NCBI GenBank assembly: GCA_041650735.1
Contig: JBAZKP010000003.1
Location: 25,823-89,822 of the forward strand
Length of the DNA stretch: 64,000 bases
DNA from: an archaeon
GTDB taxonomy: Archaea; Iainarchaeota; Iainarchaeia; Iainarchaeales; JAAZKV01
Direction: 5' to 3'
Position 1 is the stretch's first letter. Each line of letters begins with the position of its first letter. The position numbers and the translations under genes were made by a program. Positions 53,729-62,659 of the stretch are shown piece after piece. Below the pieces are notes generated by a model that saw nothing but the letters and a program-made list of their open reading frames with translations, searched no databases and had not been told where the DNA came from.

Positions 53729-56700
53729 TTAGTTTCCTTGTAGTAATTTTTTCTCATTCCAGATTATTCCGTCTTGTACAGCGCATGCTCTTTCTTCTTT
53801 TACTTCATTAATCAATTTTTCTAAAGTCAAATCACCAGAATTAAATGCCTCTATTTCTATTGGAGTGCTTGTTTGTGTTGATAATGCACTTGTTCTTGTT
53901 TTTGGTTCTGGACTAACTGCCAGCACTTGCATTGTTATTGTTCCTCCAACTTTCGCGCTATTGAATGCAATACTGATTTTTTGCGGAGCATATAATATTC
54001 CTTTTAATTCCTGTGGAGTTTGTGATGGTGCTATTGGAATAACATATGAGCCTCCTGATAACATATCCGCTCCTTTCAGTACTCCTGCAACATACCAGTT
54101 AACTAATTCAGTTGGTACTTTGATTGTGTCTGATATAACCTTGTACGATGCTCTTGTTTCATTACCATATAAGTTTAGTTTTAATAGTACAGGTACTCTT
54201 TGGTAGGATACAATTTTTCCTTCTTTTGTTTTTTCAACTGCAATTGCTTTTGTTGCATTGTCAAGTATTTTTGCTGAATCCACAGAATCTGTTTTGAATC
54301 CTGCTTGTAATAAAATATTGCTTGTTGCTTTTGTTGCACCCGTAACAGCACTCTTTTCGCCGAATGTTGCTGTCACTTCTTTGTCCGTTCCAAGAACATA
54401 ATCGAGTTCTACAGGGTAATTTCCTATTTCTTTGCTTGTATCAACAAACTTGATTGTGTATTCTTTAATTATATTTGAAAGGTTTCCTGTAATTGTTAAA
54501 GAGAGTTTTTCAAATGAATTAATCTTCGTGAGCAACACCTTTGCAGTTGCATTTTTGTGGATACTGTTTAAGCTTGAATTTTGTGCATAAATTACTTCAA
54601 TGTCTTCCTTGCTCATCTCTGTTTTTTCAATTACTCCTTTCTTTATTCTTGCATGCTCGCTCATCCATTTGAATGTATCAAGCTTTAATTCAACCGCTGA
54701 CCCGCACAAGACTATATTGCAGCTCTTGTCATCAAGTTTGCATTCTGCAACTGCATTTGCTGCTTTGAGAAGTTCTACGTACCTTTTTACTGACATATAC
54801 CATTTTGCACCCACTTTAGCCATGCCTAAATTTGTCAAATCGCTTGCCAATTCTGTTTTATCATCTATCTCAAGCAATAATTTGTCTTTGTCTTTTTGGT
54901 CATTAAGAACATTTACCATTACATCTAGTGCTAAATCATTGTTCTTTGAAATTATTGTGTTCTTTACATCAGTATTGCTGATTTCTAATTTGTAAGAATT
55001 GTCCATAGCTAGTCCAATATCTCCTTTATAGAAACTCAAATCGCTTTCAGTGCATGATTTTACCGTTTGTTTCTGTACTTGTTTATATAATTCGCTTAGT
55101 TTTACTCCGCTGTATGCGCTTGACAAATCCTTTATTGTTTGTATTCTGTTGTATAAGAATAATTGTAATTGTTCTGAATTACAGAAATTGTTTGTGCAGT
55201 AAGTACTTATTTCGGTTGAAGGAATTTCAAGTCCTGTGTATTTTATTTTGTCAAATCCGTATTCCTTATAGTCTCCTGATTCGCATGTTCCTTTTGCTTC
55301 TGCTTCAATCAGTAATCTGTCAACTGTTCCTATGTTTATGAATGATACGCATGCAGGATTTGCTTTGAGCACTATATCCACTGCAGCTTGTTTTTCAACA
55401 TTAGTTGATTTTAAAGTTAATTTTCTTGTTGCTATTTCAGCTTTCAGTTTGTCTTCGCAATCATTTCCTGCCACTGGTATTACTTTTGTGCATTCCTCTA
55501 TAGTTGTTGGCTTGTAATTTTGCTTTGTTATTAGTACTTTTAATGTCCATACGAGTTCTGTTGAGTCAAAGTTTACTGCTCTTGTTACTTTTCCTGATAC
55601 AGGCATTTCAACATACACACAGTTAGCAATTAATCCTGATCTGTCTACTTCAACCATTAGGTTTGAGCCTCTTGTGTTATTGAATAAGCTTCCTGTTCCT
55701 GTTTCAAGTATTCTTATTATTGCTCCGCCTGCTTTTTCTGCTGGCACTATTGGTGTTTTTACTGTTATGCTGTCAAATAATCCGCAGTTCTTTGATGCTT
55801 CTCCACTGCTCTTGTCTGAAGTGTTTTCCATTTGTTTGCTTCTGTAATAATATAAATCATATGATGGGTATGCTGAGCTTGCTGTGCTTGGTGCTGCACC
55901 TATTCTTAGTGCTGGTGGCTCCGCTATGTACTTGTAGCTTGAACCATTGTATTGTTCATCAGGTATTGCTCCAAGAGTTACTCCTTTTGATGCCCAGTAA
56001 TCCTGGATATCAAGTGCGTTTTTGTTCTGACAGTCTTTTGCTTTTGCATTTGGATCTCCCCAGTTGATTGCTGAATCAATGCTTTCTCCTAATCTCCATA
56101 TATCTGATAATGTTATTGGGAATTCCATGCATTCTGCTGAATTGTACTGGTTTGTGTAACTAATATTCAAGTTTCCATATACATTTGTTCTTGCATCTGT
56201 TTCTGTTGCCCATTGTCTTATATCTCCAAGGTTCTGGAATAATCCGTATGAGCCGTTGCTTGAGTTAAATAATTTTCTTTGCGGGATGTATTGTGCACTC
56301 GGCATTACTTCGAAATCAACTCTTTCAATTGAACCGTTGTTTCCTTGTTGTACTGTTCTGTTTCTTACTCTTGTTCCTGTGATTAGTGAACAATTACTTG
56401 CTGCGCATCCGTTTGGCTGTATATAATTTTGGTAAGAACCATATTGTCCTCCTAATGGGTAACTTGAGGAATATGCTGATTCAGCTCCTTGCTGGAAGTA
56501 TTGTGCTGACACACCATATTGTGATTGTGGTGCCGAGCATTCTATTGTTGCTACATTGCTTCTTGATAATTGTACTCCTTGATCGTAACAGTAATTGTAT
56601 ACTGAGTATTTTTGTGGTTTGTAGATGAATGAATTCAAACTTATTTTTGTTACATTTGTTTTTATGCAGTCAGTATCAATGTCCCCTAATTTGCGTACTG

Positions 56701-59700
56701 TTACTTTTACTTCACCGATTTTTTTCTTTGTTTCTTGTGTTCCTGCTGGTTTTGCATTCACAACTATTTTATATTTTCCCAGTACATATCCTGGATCAAC
56801 TATTACTGTTGAATCAGAGTCTTTTCCTATTGTGAATTTTTCTTCTGAAACATTTATTCTTGCATCAGGATCCAAATCTATGTCTACATCAACTGCACAG
56901 GTATTCTTTATTGTGAATGCGTTTTGTTGGTAACTCATTGTTCTTTGTGTTCCTTGTTGCCCTGAATAATTATTAAAATTATTTGCATATCCTGTTCCGT
57001 ATCCTTGGGCTCCATATCCTGTCATGCCCATTCCTGCCATTGTTGTTCCCTGCATTCCGTATGGTGAGCTTTGTCTTGAGAATCCTCCATAGCTTTGTCC
57101 ATAAGCTGACATTGATGAAGCATAATCTGATGCCATTAGTGCTCCGTATCCCATGTTCCATGGTGCAACATCAAGGAGTATTCCTCCTTCTGGTTGTTCT
57201 ATTTCAATGCATTTTGATAAGCTGCTCATAGTTACTTTTGTTTTTATTTGTGCTTCAGTTTTTTCTTCTGTCTTATCCTCTAAAATATTTTTTCCTATTA
57301 TTGATATTGTGAATTCTTGTGTTCCTGAAGCTATTGCAGTGTTTGGTGCAAATCTTACTGTTAGTGTTTCTTCTCCTTCTCTATCAAAGTAATCAGCTAT
57401 TTTTGTGTAAGTGTTTCCTAGTGAAGCATTAGTGAATCCTTTTCCACTTATTGATATTGTTCCGAATTTTGATTCTTCGCTTAGTTTTGCCTCTAAATTA
57501 TGCAATGGTATTTCTATTCCTTCTGCTGTACAGGAATTTGTTATTGTTACTGTTAGGCTTTGTTCTGAATCTGATGTAATGAATTCAAGTGAGGCTGGTG
57601 TTACTTTCAAGCATTTAGCACTATCCATATATCCTGGCATTGTTAATCTTATTTCTACAGGTATTTCGTTACTGAATGATTGTGTTGTACCCGTTATTTC
57701 AGTATTTACCAGAATTGTTCCTGTAACATCTTTTGGTTCTTGTAATCTTAGCGCATTGCTTGTTAATTTCATTGATAACGTATAGTTTCTGTCTTTTCCC
57801 TGTTCGATTACTGTTCCTGCAATGTTTCCGCTAAATTTTGTTTCCAAGTAATTCTTTAATTCCCCATTAATTTCAGTGCTTGTAATTTTAATGTCTTTTG
57901 CTGTATTGTTTTGCATTAATATTGTTTCCTCAATTGCTGTTACTTCTCCGATTTTTATTGTTTCGCTTATTTCAGGAGGAGTTATTGTTAGCAATGCTTT
58001 ATCCACTTTTTTTGTTATTTCAACCTCATCATATCCTTCTTTTTTTGCGGTAATCGTTAATTCGTCCCCTATTTTTGGTGAAGCTAATTCATATTTTGCT
58101 AATCCTTCTCCTGTTGTTTCTACTGACCCAAGGATATCTTTTCCTGATTTTATTGTTATTAGCACTCCATCAATGCTTTCATTGCCGTCTTTTGCTTCAA
58201 AGAATAATGTGTTGTTTATGTAAGGGATTATCATTTTTGGGAGCATATCTAAAGTGAATTTTTTGTTTGCTTTTACATTAACAGTTATTGTGTCTTCCAA
58301 CTCTGTTTTTGATACAGAGCTTATAGTGAGTTTTATTCCTGATGTTCCTGAAGAGGTTGTGCTGAAAAGTACTTGTACTCTTAGTGGTGCATCTATTCCT
58401 AATGTGCCTAAATTAATTGTTTTATCTGTTTGTTCTGAACCATTTACACTTATTGCGTTAACATCAAGGCTTTTCCCTTCTACTACTAGTACTGCTCCTG
58501 TCATTGCTCTTCCGCTATAATTAGTCAAATCAGCTGTAAGCAAATATTGAGTATCTTTTTTTGCTTCTACTGTGCCTGTTACATATTTCTTTTTTCCTGC
58601 TTCTGAGCCTTCAGTTGCTTCTATTGTGTATGATTTGCAGAAGCTTCCTGAGCATAAATTTCCTGCTCCCGCTAATAGTACCCTGTTTTTTGCTGCTGAG
58701 TATAATTCGTTTGATGCTGGTGTTGTCATTGCTGGGTCGCGTATTACTGTTGCTCCTTTTGCCCAGCCTCTGTAAAATAAATTTAGTGGTGCGTTTGGAT
58801 TTGCTTCAATAACAGTTATTTCTGCCTCTACTTCGTATGTTCCTTCTTGAGGGTTTTTCCATACTGAATTAGCCCATTTTGAGTTTCCTTGCACCAAGTT
58901 CTTTGAGTCTTTTTCATATCCTGTTGGTGGAGAATAAGTTGTTCCTTGTGTTGTTCTTCCTGAGCTTTCAACTTTGCTTAAGTATAATCCATCTTCTTCC
59001 ATTAGGTTTGTTACTCCTTGTTCTTGTTTTCCTGTTCTCAAGTGTATTCCTGCTTCTGAGTAAGATCCTTTTGGAACTTGCAGGATTGCTTTTACTGTAT
59101 AAACTCCTTGGCTTACCGTGCCTGCTGTTTCTGAATCATCTTTTGTTTCAGATACTACTGCAGTTCCGCTGTATACTCCTACAAGGCTTGCTGTTAATTG
59201 TGCAACTGGTTTTACGAGTATTACTTCTTTATCTGTGGTAGCATTAGCAATTGGGTAAAATGCAGAGGTAAAATATTTTGAGTAACCCGAGCTTTCAATT
59301 ACAAAATATATTTTCTTGTCCGCTCTTATTGTAAATGATGCTGTGCCTTCTGTTGTTGTTAGAATTGATGCTCCTTCTTGTGTTGAAGTGTAATAATTAA
59401 TTGCTTTTACGCTTACCCCGCTTAAAGGATTCTTTTCATTATCCATTGCCTTAACTTTTATTGTTCCTTCCCCTATATCGAAAACAACTTCAAGTGTTTT
59501 TTGTGTTCTTGGCACTATTTGAATATTTGTTGAGTTAACGCTTCCAAATCCTTCTTTTGAAACAGTTGCCATGTATGATTTGCCTAATTCCAAATTAAAG
59601 AATTCTGCTTCTCCTGTTGCCCCAGTTGTTTTTTCTCCCACCACAGGCTCTTGTGGATCAATTTTTTTCAGTATTACTCTCGCATTATCAACAGGATTTT

Positions 59701-60991
59701 TTTTGCCATCAATTACTCTAACAAGAATTGAGTTATTGTTTGTTTCATTTACTTTAGTTAACAGTACCTCAATTACTTCTCCCGAGGTTGCTCCTTTTGT
59801 TTCCCCTATAAGGTAATCTGGGTGATCAACTGTTAATATGTAATTTGAGCTGTCTGCCACATCGAATTTTGCTTGCCCTGTTGCCCCTGTTATTTTTGTT
59901 TTTACTTCATTGCTGTTCGTTGCTAGAGTTAATTTTACCTCTGCTCCTGAAACAGGATTGCTTGTCAATGAATCTTTTACATTAATTATTATTGTTGATT
60001 TCTGTACTTTTCTCAAGCTTACATTAAATTCTGTCAAAGTATCTTTTGTTACTTCTTTTACTTCCCCTAATTTGCTTCCATCATAATCAGAATAATTTCC
60101 GTCAGAGGAACTTATCAAAACATAATATTTTTTTACTGGAACACTGTCAAATGTTACTATTGCTGTTCCTGTTGAAATATTTTCTAATGGATAAGTATTG
60201 TCTAGTGCAACTAATTTTACTCTTAGCCCTGCAGGAACGCTCGTTGATCCTTCAACTGAAATATTTACATTTACTTTTCCTACTACTTGTACTTCTTGTT
60301 CTACTGTTACCGCGCTGCTTCCTGAGAATGATGCTGTTGCATTCACAACCCTATAGTTCTGCATGCTCATTACTTCTATTTCTTGACAAGATGCGCTTAC
60401 TTTTGCATCAAAAGATCCATTAGTATAAGTTGCAACTGATTCATCTGCTGAGCCTTTGCATTTGTAAATTAGTGTTCCTGTTCCGCTTATCAGTGACCCA
60501 TCAGCTGTTTTCAAATAAACTGCTTTGGATATTGTTGCGTCTTCTAAACTTAAAACAAATTCTTCCTCATCATTACTGCTAAGGATTACCTCTCTTGTCT
60601 GGCTTGCGTGATTATCTTTATCTATTTTTATTGAGTAAGTCCCATTAGCCAAAAACATTATTGCTTTTCCATCTGCTCCTGTTTGAATATTCGCTTTTTC
60701 TACCCCATCCGCAAGTGCTATTACTGTTGCCCCTTCTAACGGGTTGCTATCTCCATCAGTCACAAGTATTGTCAGGGATGAATTATTTCCTGATGTAATG
60801 AAGAATATTACTAGTAAAAGTAGAACTAAAACAAGTACAATTGCTAAAGGAAATGTAGGGATATTTTTATCTTCAAGTGAATCAATTAAATTCCCAAAAG
60901 GGGGTACTTTTTCTGAAATCCCATCAACAAAGTCATACCATTTATCCTCAAGAGAATAGTATGTTTCTTTCAGTGATTCAATTACAGCCAT
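53729..60991 (-). CDS. Giant membrane-anchored surface protein, paralogue 3 (~2420 aa)
   Basis: A 7.3-kb ORF. The N-terminus 'KETYYSLEDKWYDFVD...IPTF' is followed by a TM segment and beta-sandwich repeats. It has a central G/Y/Q/M-rich low-complexity segment and the C-terminal ending 'LINEVKEERACAV..GIIWN', homologous to paralogues 1 and 2. The ATG at 60991 aligns with the paralogues (the track GTG is at 61000). Confidence 0.9.
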   Translation of the reverse strand: MAVIESLKETYYSLEDKWYDFVDGISEKVPPFGNLIDSLEDKNIPTFPLAIVLVLVLLLLVIFFITSGNNSSLTILVTDGDSNPLEGATVIALADGVEKANIQTGADGKAIMFLANGTYSIKIDKDNHASQTREVILSSNDEEEFVLSLEDATISKAVYLKTADGSLISGTGTLIYKCKGSADESVATYTNGSFDAKVSASCQEIEVMSMQNYRVVNATASFSGSSAVTVEQEVQVVGKVNVNISVEGSTSVPAGLRVKLVALDNTYPLENISTGTAIVTFDSVPVKKYYVLISSSDGNYSDYDGSKLGEVKEVTKDTLTEFNVSLRKVQKSTIIINVKDSLTSNPVSGAEVKLTLATNSNEVKTKITGATGQAKFDVADSSNYILTVDHPDYLIGETKGATSGEVIEVLLTKVNETNNNSILVRVIDGKKNPVDNARVILKKIDPQEPVVGEKTTGATGEAEFFNLELGKSYMATVSKEGFGSVNSTNIQIVPRTQKTLEVVFDIGEGTIKVKAMDNEKNPLSGVSVKAINYYTSTQEGASILTTTEGTASFTIRADKKIYFVIESSGYSKYFTSAFYPIANATTDKEVILVKPVAQLTASLVGVYSGTAVVSETKDDSETAGTVSQGVYTVKAILQVPKGSYSEAGIHLRTGKQEQGVTNLMEEDGLYLSKVESSGRTTQGTTYSPPTGYEKDSKNLVQGNSKWANSVWKNPQEGTYEVEAEITVIEANPNAPLNLFYRGWAKGATVIRDPAMTTPASNELYSAAKNRVLLAGAGNLCSGSFCKSYTIEATEGSEAGKKKYVTGTVEAKKDTQYLLTADLTNYSGRAMTGAVLVVEGKSLDVNAISVNGSEQTDKTINLGTLGIDAPLRVQVLFSTTSSGTSGIKLTISSVSKTELEDTITVNVKANKKFTLDMLPKMIIPYINNTLFFEAKDGNESIDGVLITIKSGKDILGSVETTGEGLAKYELASPKIGDELTITAKKEGYDEVEITKKVDKALLTITPPEISETIKIGEVTAIEETILMQNNTAKDIKITSTEINGELKNYLETKFSGNIAGTVIEQGKDRNYTLSMKLTSNALRLQEPKDVTGTILVNTEITGTTQSFSNEIPVEIRLTMPGYMDSAKCLKVTPASLEFITSDSEQSLTVTITNSCTAEGIEIPLHNLEAKLSEESKFGTISISGKGFTNASLGNTYTKIADYFDREGEETLTVRFAPNTAIASGTQEFTISIIGKNILEDKTEEKTEAQIKTKVTMSSLSKCIEIEQPEGGILLDVAPWNMGYGALMASDYASSMSAYGQSYGGFSRQSSPYGMQGTTMAGMGMTGYGAQGYGTGYANNFNNYSGQQGTQRTMSYQQNAFTIKNTCAVDVDIDLDPDARINVSEEKFTIGKDSDSTVIVDPGYVLGKYKIVVNAKPAGTQETKKKIGEVKVTVRKLGDIDTDCIKTNVTKISLNSFIYKPQKYSVYNYCYDQGVQLSRSNVATIECSAPQSQYGVSAQYFQQGAESAYSSSYPLGGQYGSYQNYIQPNGCAASNCSLITGTRVRNRTVQQGNNGSIERVDFEVMPSAQYIPQRKLFNSSNGSYGLFQNLGDIRQWATETDARTNVYGNLNISYTNQYNSAECMEFPITLSDIWRLGESIDSAINWGDPNAKAKDCQNKNALDIQDYWASKGVTLGAIPDEQYNGSSYKYIAEPPALRIGAAPSTASSAYPSYDLYYYRSKQMENTSDKSSGEASKNCGLFDSITVKTPIVPAEKAGGAIIRILETGTGSLFNNTRGSNLMVEVDRSGLIANCVYVEMPVSGKVTRAVNFDSTELVWTLKVLITKQNYKPTTIEECTKVIPVAGNDCEDKLKAEIATRKLTLKSTNVEKQAAVDIVLKANPACVSFINIGTVDRLLIEAEAKGTCESGDYKEYGFDKIKYTGLEIPSTEISTYCTNNFCNSEQLQLFLYNRIQTIKDLSSAYSGVKLSELYKQVQKQTVKSCTESDLSFYKGDIGLAMDNSYKLEISNTDVKNTIISKNNDLALDVMVNVLNDQKDKDKLLLEIDDKTELASDLTNLGMAKVGAKWYMSVKRYVELLKAANAVAECKLDDKSCNIVLCGSAVELKLDTFKWMSEHARIKKGVIEKTEMSKEDIEVIYAQNSSLNSIHKNATAKVLLTKINSFEKLSLTITGNLSNIIKEYTIKFVDTSKEIGNYPVELDYVLGTDKEVTATFGEKSAVTGATKATSNILLQAGFKTDSVDSAKILDNATKAIAVEKTKEGKIVSYQRVPVLLKLNLYGNETRASYKVISDTIKVPTELVNWYVAGVLKGADMLSGGSYVIPIAPSQTPQELKGILYAPQKISIAFNSAKVGGTITMQVLAVSPEPKTRTSALSTQTSTPIEIEAFNSGDLTLEKLINEVKEERACAVQDGIIWNEKKLLQGN

Positions 60992-61098
60992 TCCAACCAC
61001 TTAATATCCGTCCCCAATACCACTTATTCACTATAATACTATAATATTCAAGCCTTTATTAATTTAACTTTGCTCTATTTGCCGGAGTTCTTCAATAA

Positions 61099-62541
61099 TT
61101 ATGCCTCTTCGCATTTACCAGAGCCTGAAGAGCATTTTGGCATCGGATTAGGGTATTCACTTTGATTCATAATTCTTTCAAAACTTGAATCCTCTATCCT
61201 TATTTTGTATAAATCGCTTCCATCACTGTATGTTCCTTTTACTATGTACAAAGGGTTTGTTTCTTTGTATACTATATCCGCACGAACCAAGGTTATTCTT
61301 CCACAGTATAATTTTGTCCCCGAATTTGGTCCTGAAAAAATTTCTCTTGTTGGTTCTGTCCCTGTACCAATAATTAATTCGTTGAATCCACAACGATCTA
61401 TGTCGGCTTCCCTTTGGTCGTCTATTTCCAGAACGGTGTCAAGAATTGTAAATTTTCCGCCATCATTATCCACTGAAAAAGCTCCTTGTTCATTTGCTCT
61501 TCCGCAAACATTTACTGCCGCATATGCCTTAACCCCTTTTTCTCCTGCAGAGGGTCCTCCTGAAAGATAAGAAGTTACTCCCGCCATTGTATCCGCTAAT
61601 GGGACATCTGACCCAGTGCCTGATCCCGGGCAATCTTTGCCCAAATCAACCGTGCTTCCTTTGTCCCTCGGATCATTGTTTGGGTGACAGGCATCACAAA
61701 AACCTAGTTTATATTCTTTCAAATCACTATGCGCAATTGATATTGCTTCAGCACTTTTTTTTGCCTCGTATAAAACTTTAAAAAATCTTAATGGGATATA
61801 AACCTTCAAATTTGTTCTTGGCAATATAGCCATTTTTATTTCTTCTTGTGTCACTAAATCTTTTACTATTATTCTTGGCAATGATTCATATTCTTCATCA
61901 TTTAATTTGTTTAAAGGAATATTGAAATAAAATGTTCCCACGGGACAAGAGGTATCATCGCATCCTACTACTTCCAAAAAATTATCCGGCATGGTGTTTA
62001 CTGAATCTGTTATTGCTTTTCCCAAAACTTCTTTTGCCTTATAACTCTTATCGCTTAAGTAAACACTGAATCTTCCGTAAGTGCCTTCATTGAACTGGTC
62101 TATTGTTCTATCTGCAACAAAGGTTGTTGCTGAACCAAAACCACTGTCTCCGCTTGCTTCATCTTTCAAGAGGATTACATCTTCAAAAGTTTTTTTCAAA
62201 TCATCAAAAGTTATTGTTTCCCCTTCCCTTCTTATACTGAACAAAGTTAATCCGCTTTCATTATCCCTCATTTGGCCGCTATCATGTGTCAAATATTCTT
62301 CTAGTTTTTCCCTAAATGCAAAATTAAATGTCTGTAATGCATCTGCTCTTGCAATATTCGCTGCATCCGCTAACTGGTAATTATTTAGCATTGAATAAAT
62401 CTGTCTGTTTGTTTTTTCTTCAGTGGTTATGAGCGTGCTTGTCATCACCACTCCAACCATTATTAGGATTATGGCAACAATTGCCGAAAACATATTGAAT
62501 CCGTGTTCAGAAAAAGCTTTTACTTTAACAAATTTTTTCAT
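61099..62541 (-). CDS. Hypothetical secreted or membrane-anchored protein with a pilin-like hydrophobic N-terminus
   Basis: 480 aa. 'MKKFVKVKAFSEHGFNMFSAIVAIILIMVGVVMTSTLITTEE' has a short basic leader, a Gly, and then a ~22-aa hydrophobic helix. The remainder contains several Cys pairs and matches no recognised domain. Confidence 0.7.
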   Translation of the reverse strand: MKKFVKVKAFSEHGFNMFSAIVAIILIMVGVVMTSTLITTEEKTNRQIYSMLNNYQLADAANIARADALQTFNFAFREKLEEYLTHDSGQMRDNESGLTLFSIRREGETITFDDLKKTFEDVILLKDEASGDSGFGSATTFVADRTIDQFNEGTYGRFSVYLSDKSYKAKEVLGKAITDSVNTMPDNFLEVVGCDDTSCPVGTFYFNIPLNKLNDEEYESLPRIIVKDLVTQEEIKMAILPRTNLKVYIPLRFFKVLYEAKKSAEAISIAHSDLKEYKLGFCDACHPNNDPRDKGSTVDLGKDCPGSGTGSDVPLADTMAGVTSYLSGGPSAGEKGVKAYAAVNVCGRANEQGAFSVDNDGGKFTILDTVLEIDDQREADIDRCGFNELIIGTGTEPTREIFSGPNSGTKLYCGRITLVRADIVYKETNPLYIVKGTYSDGSDLYKIRIEDSSFERIMNQSEYPNPMPKCSSGSGKCEEA

Positions 62542-62659
62542 TCAAATCAGGATACAAAGAGTTAAACTGGTTAAAATAGTTAATCTTTTTACTGGCGTTG
62601 TAGATTAATGCTCTTTTAGGTGTTTTCACCCCAATTTGTTTTTTGAGGGCATTCCTCGT

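Noticed and set aside
53543-53743. Track ORF of 66 aa on the plus strand in the G3-downstream spacer.
   Set aside because: The translation is Cys/Arg/Leu-rich with no motif. It coincides with the GC-rich hairpin region and overlaps the G3 stop. An RNA-level element is the better explanation.
35889-60959. Dozens of 60-220-aa plus-strand ORFs in the track that lie inside the three giant minus-strand genes (for example 37182-37643, 48420-49079, 54600-54995).
   Set aside because: They are antisense shadow ORFs of very long, clearly coding minus-strand frames. Their translations are low-complexity (L/F/S-rich) and have no motifs. Treating them as genes would require massive overlap.
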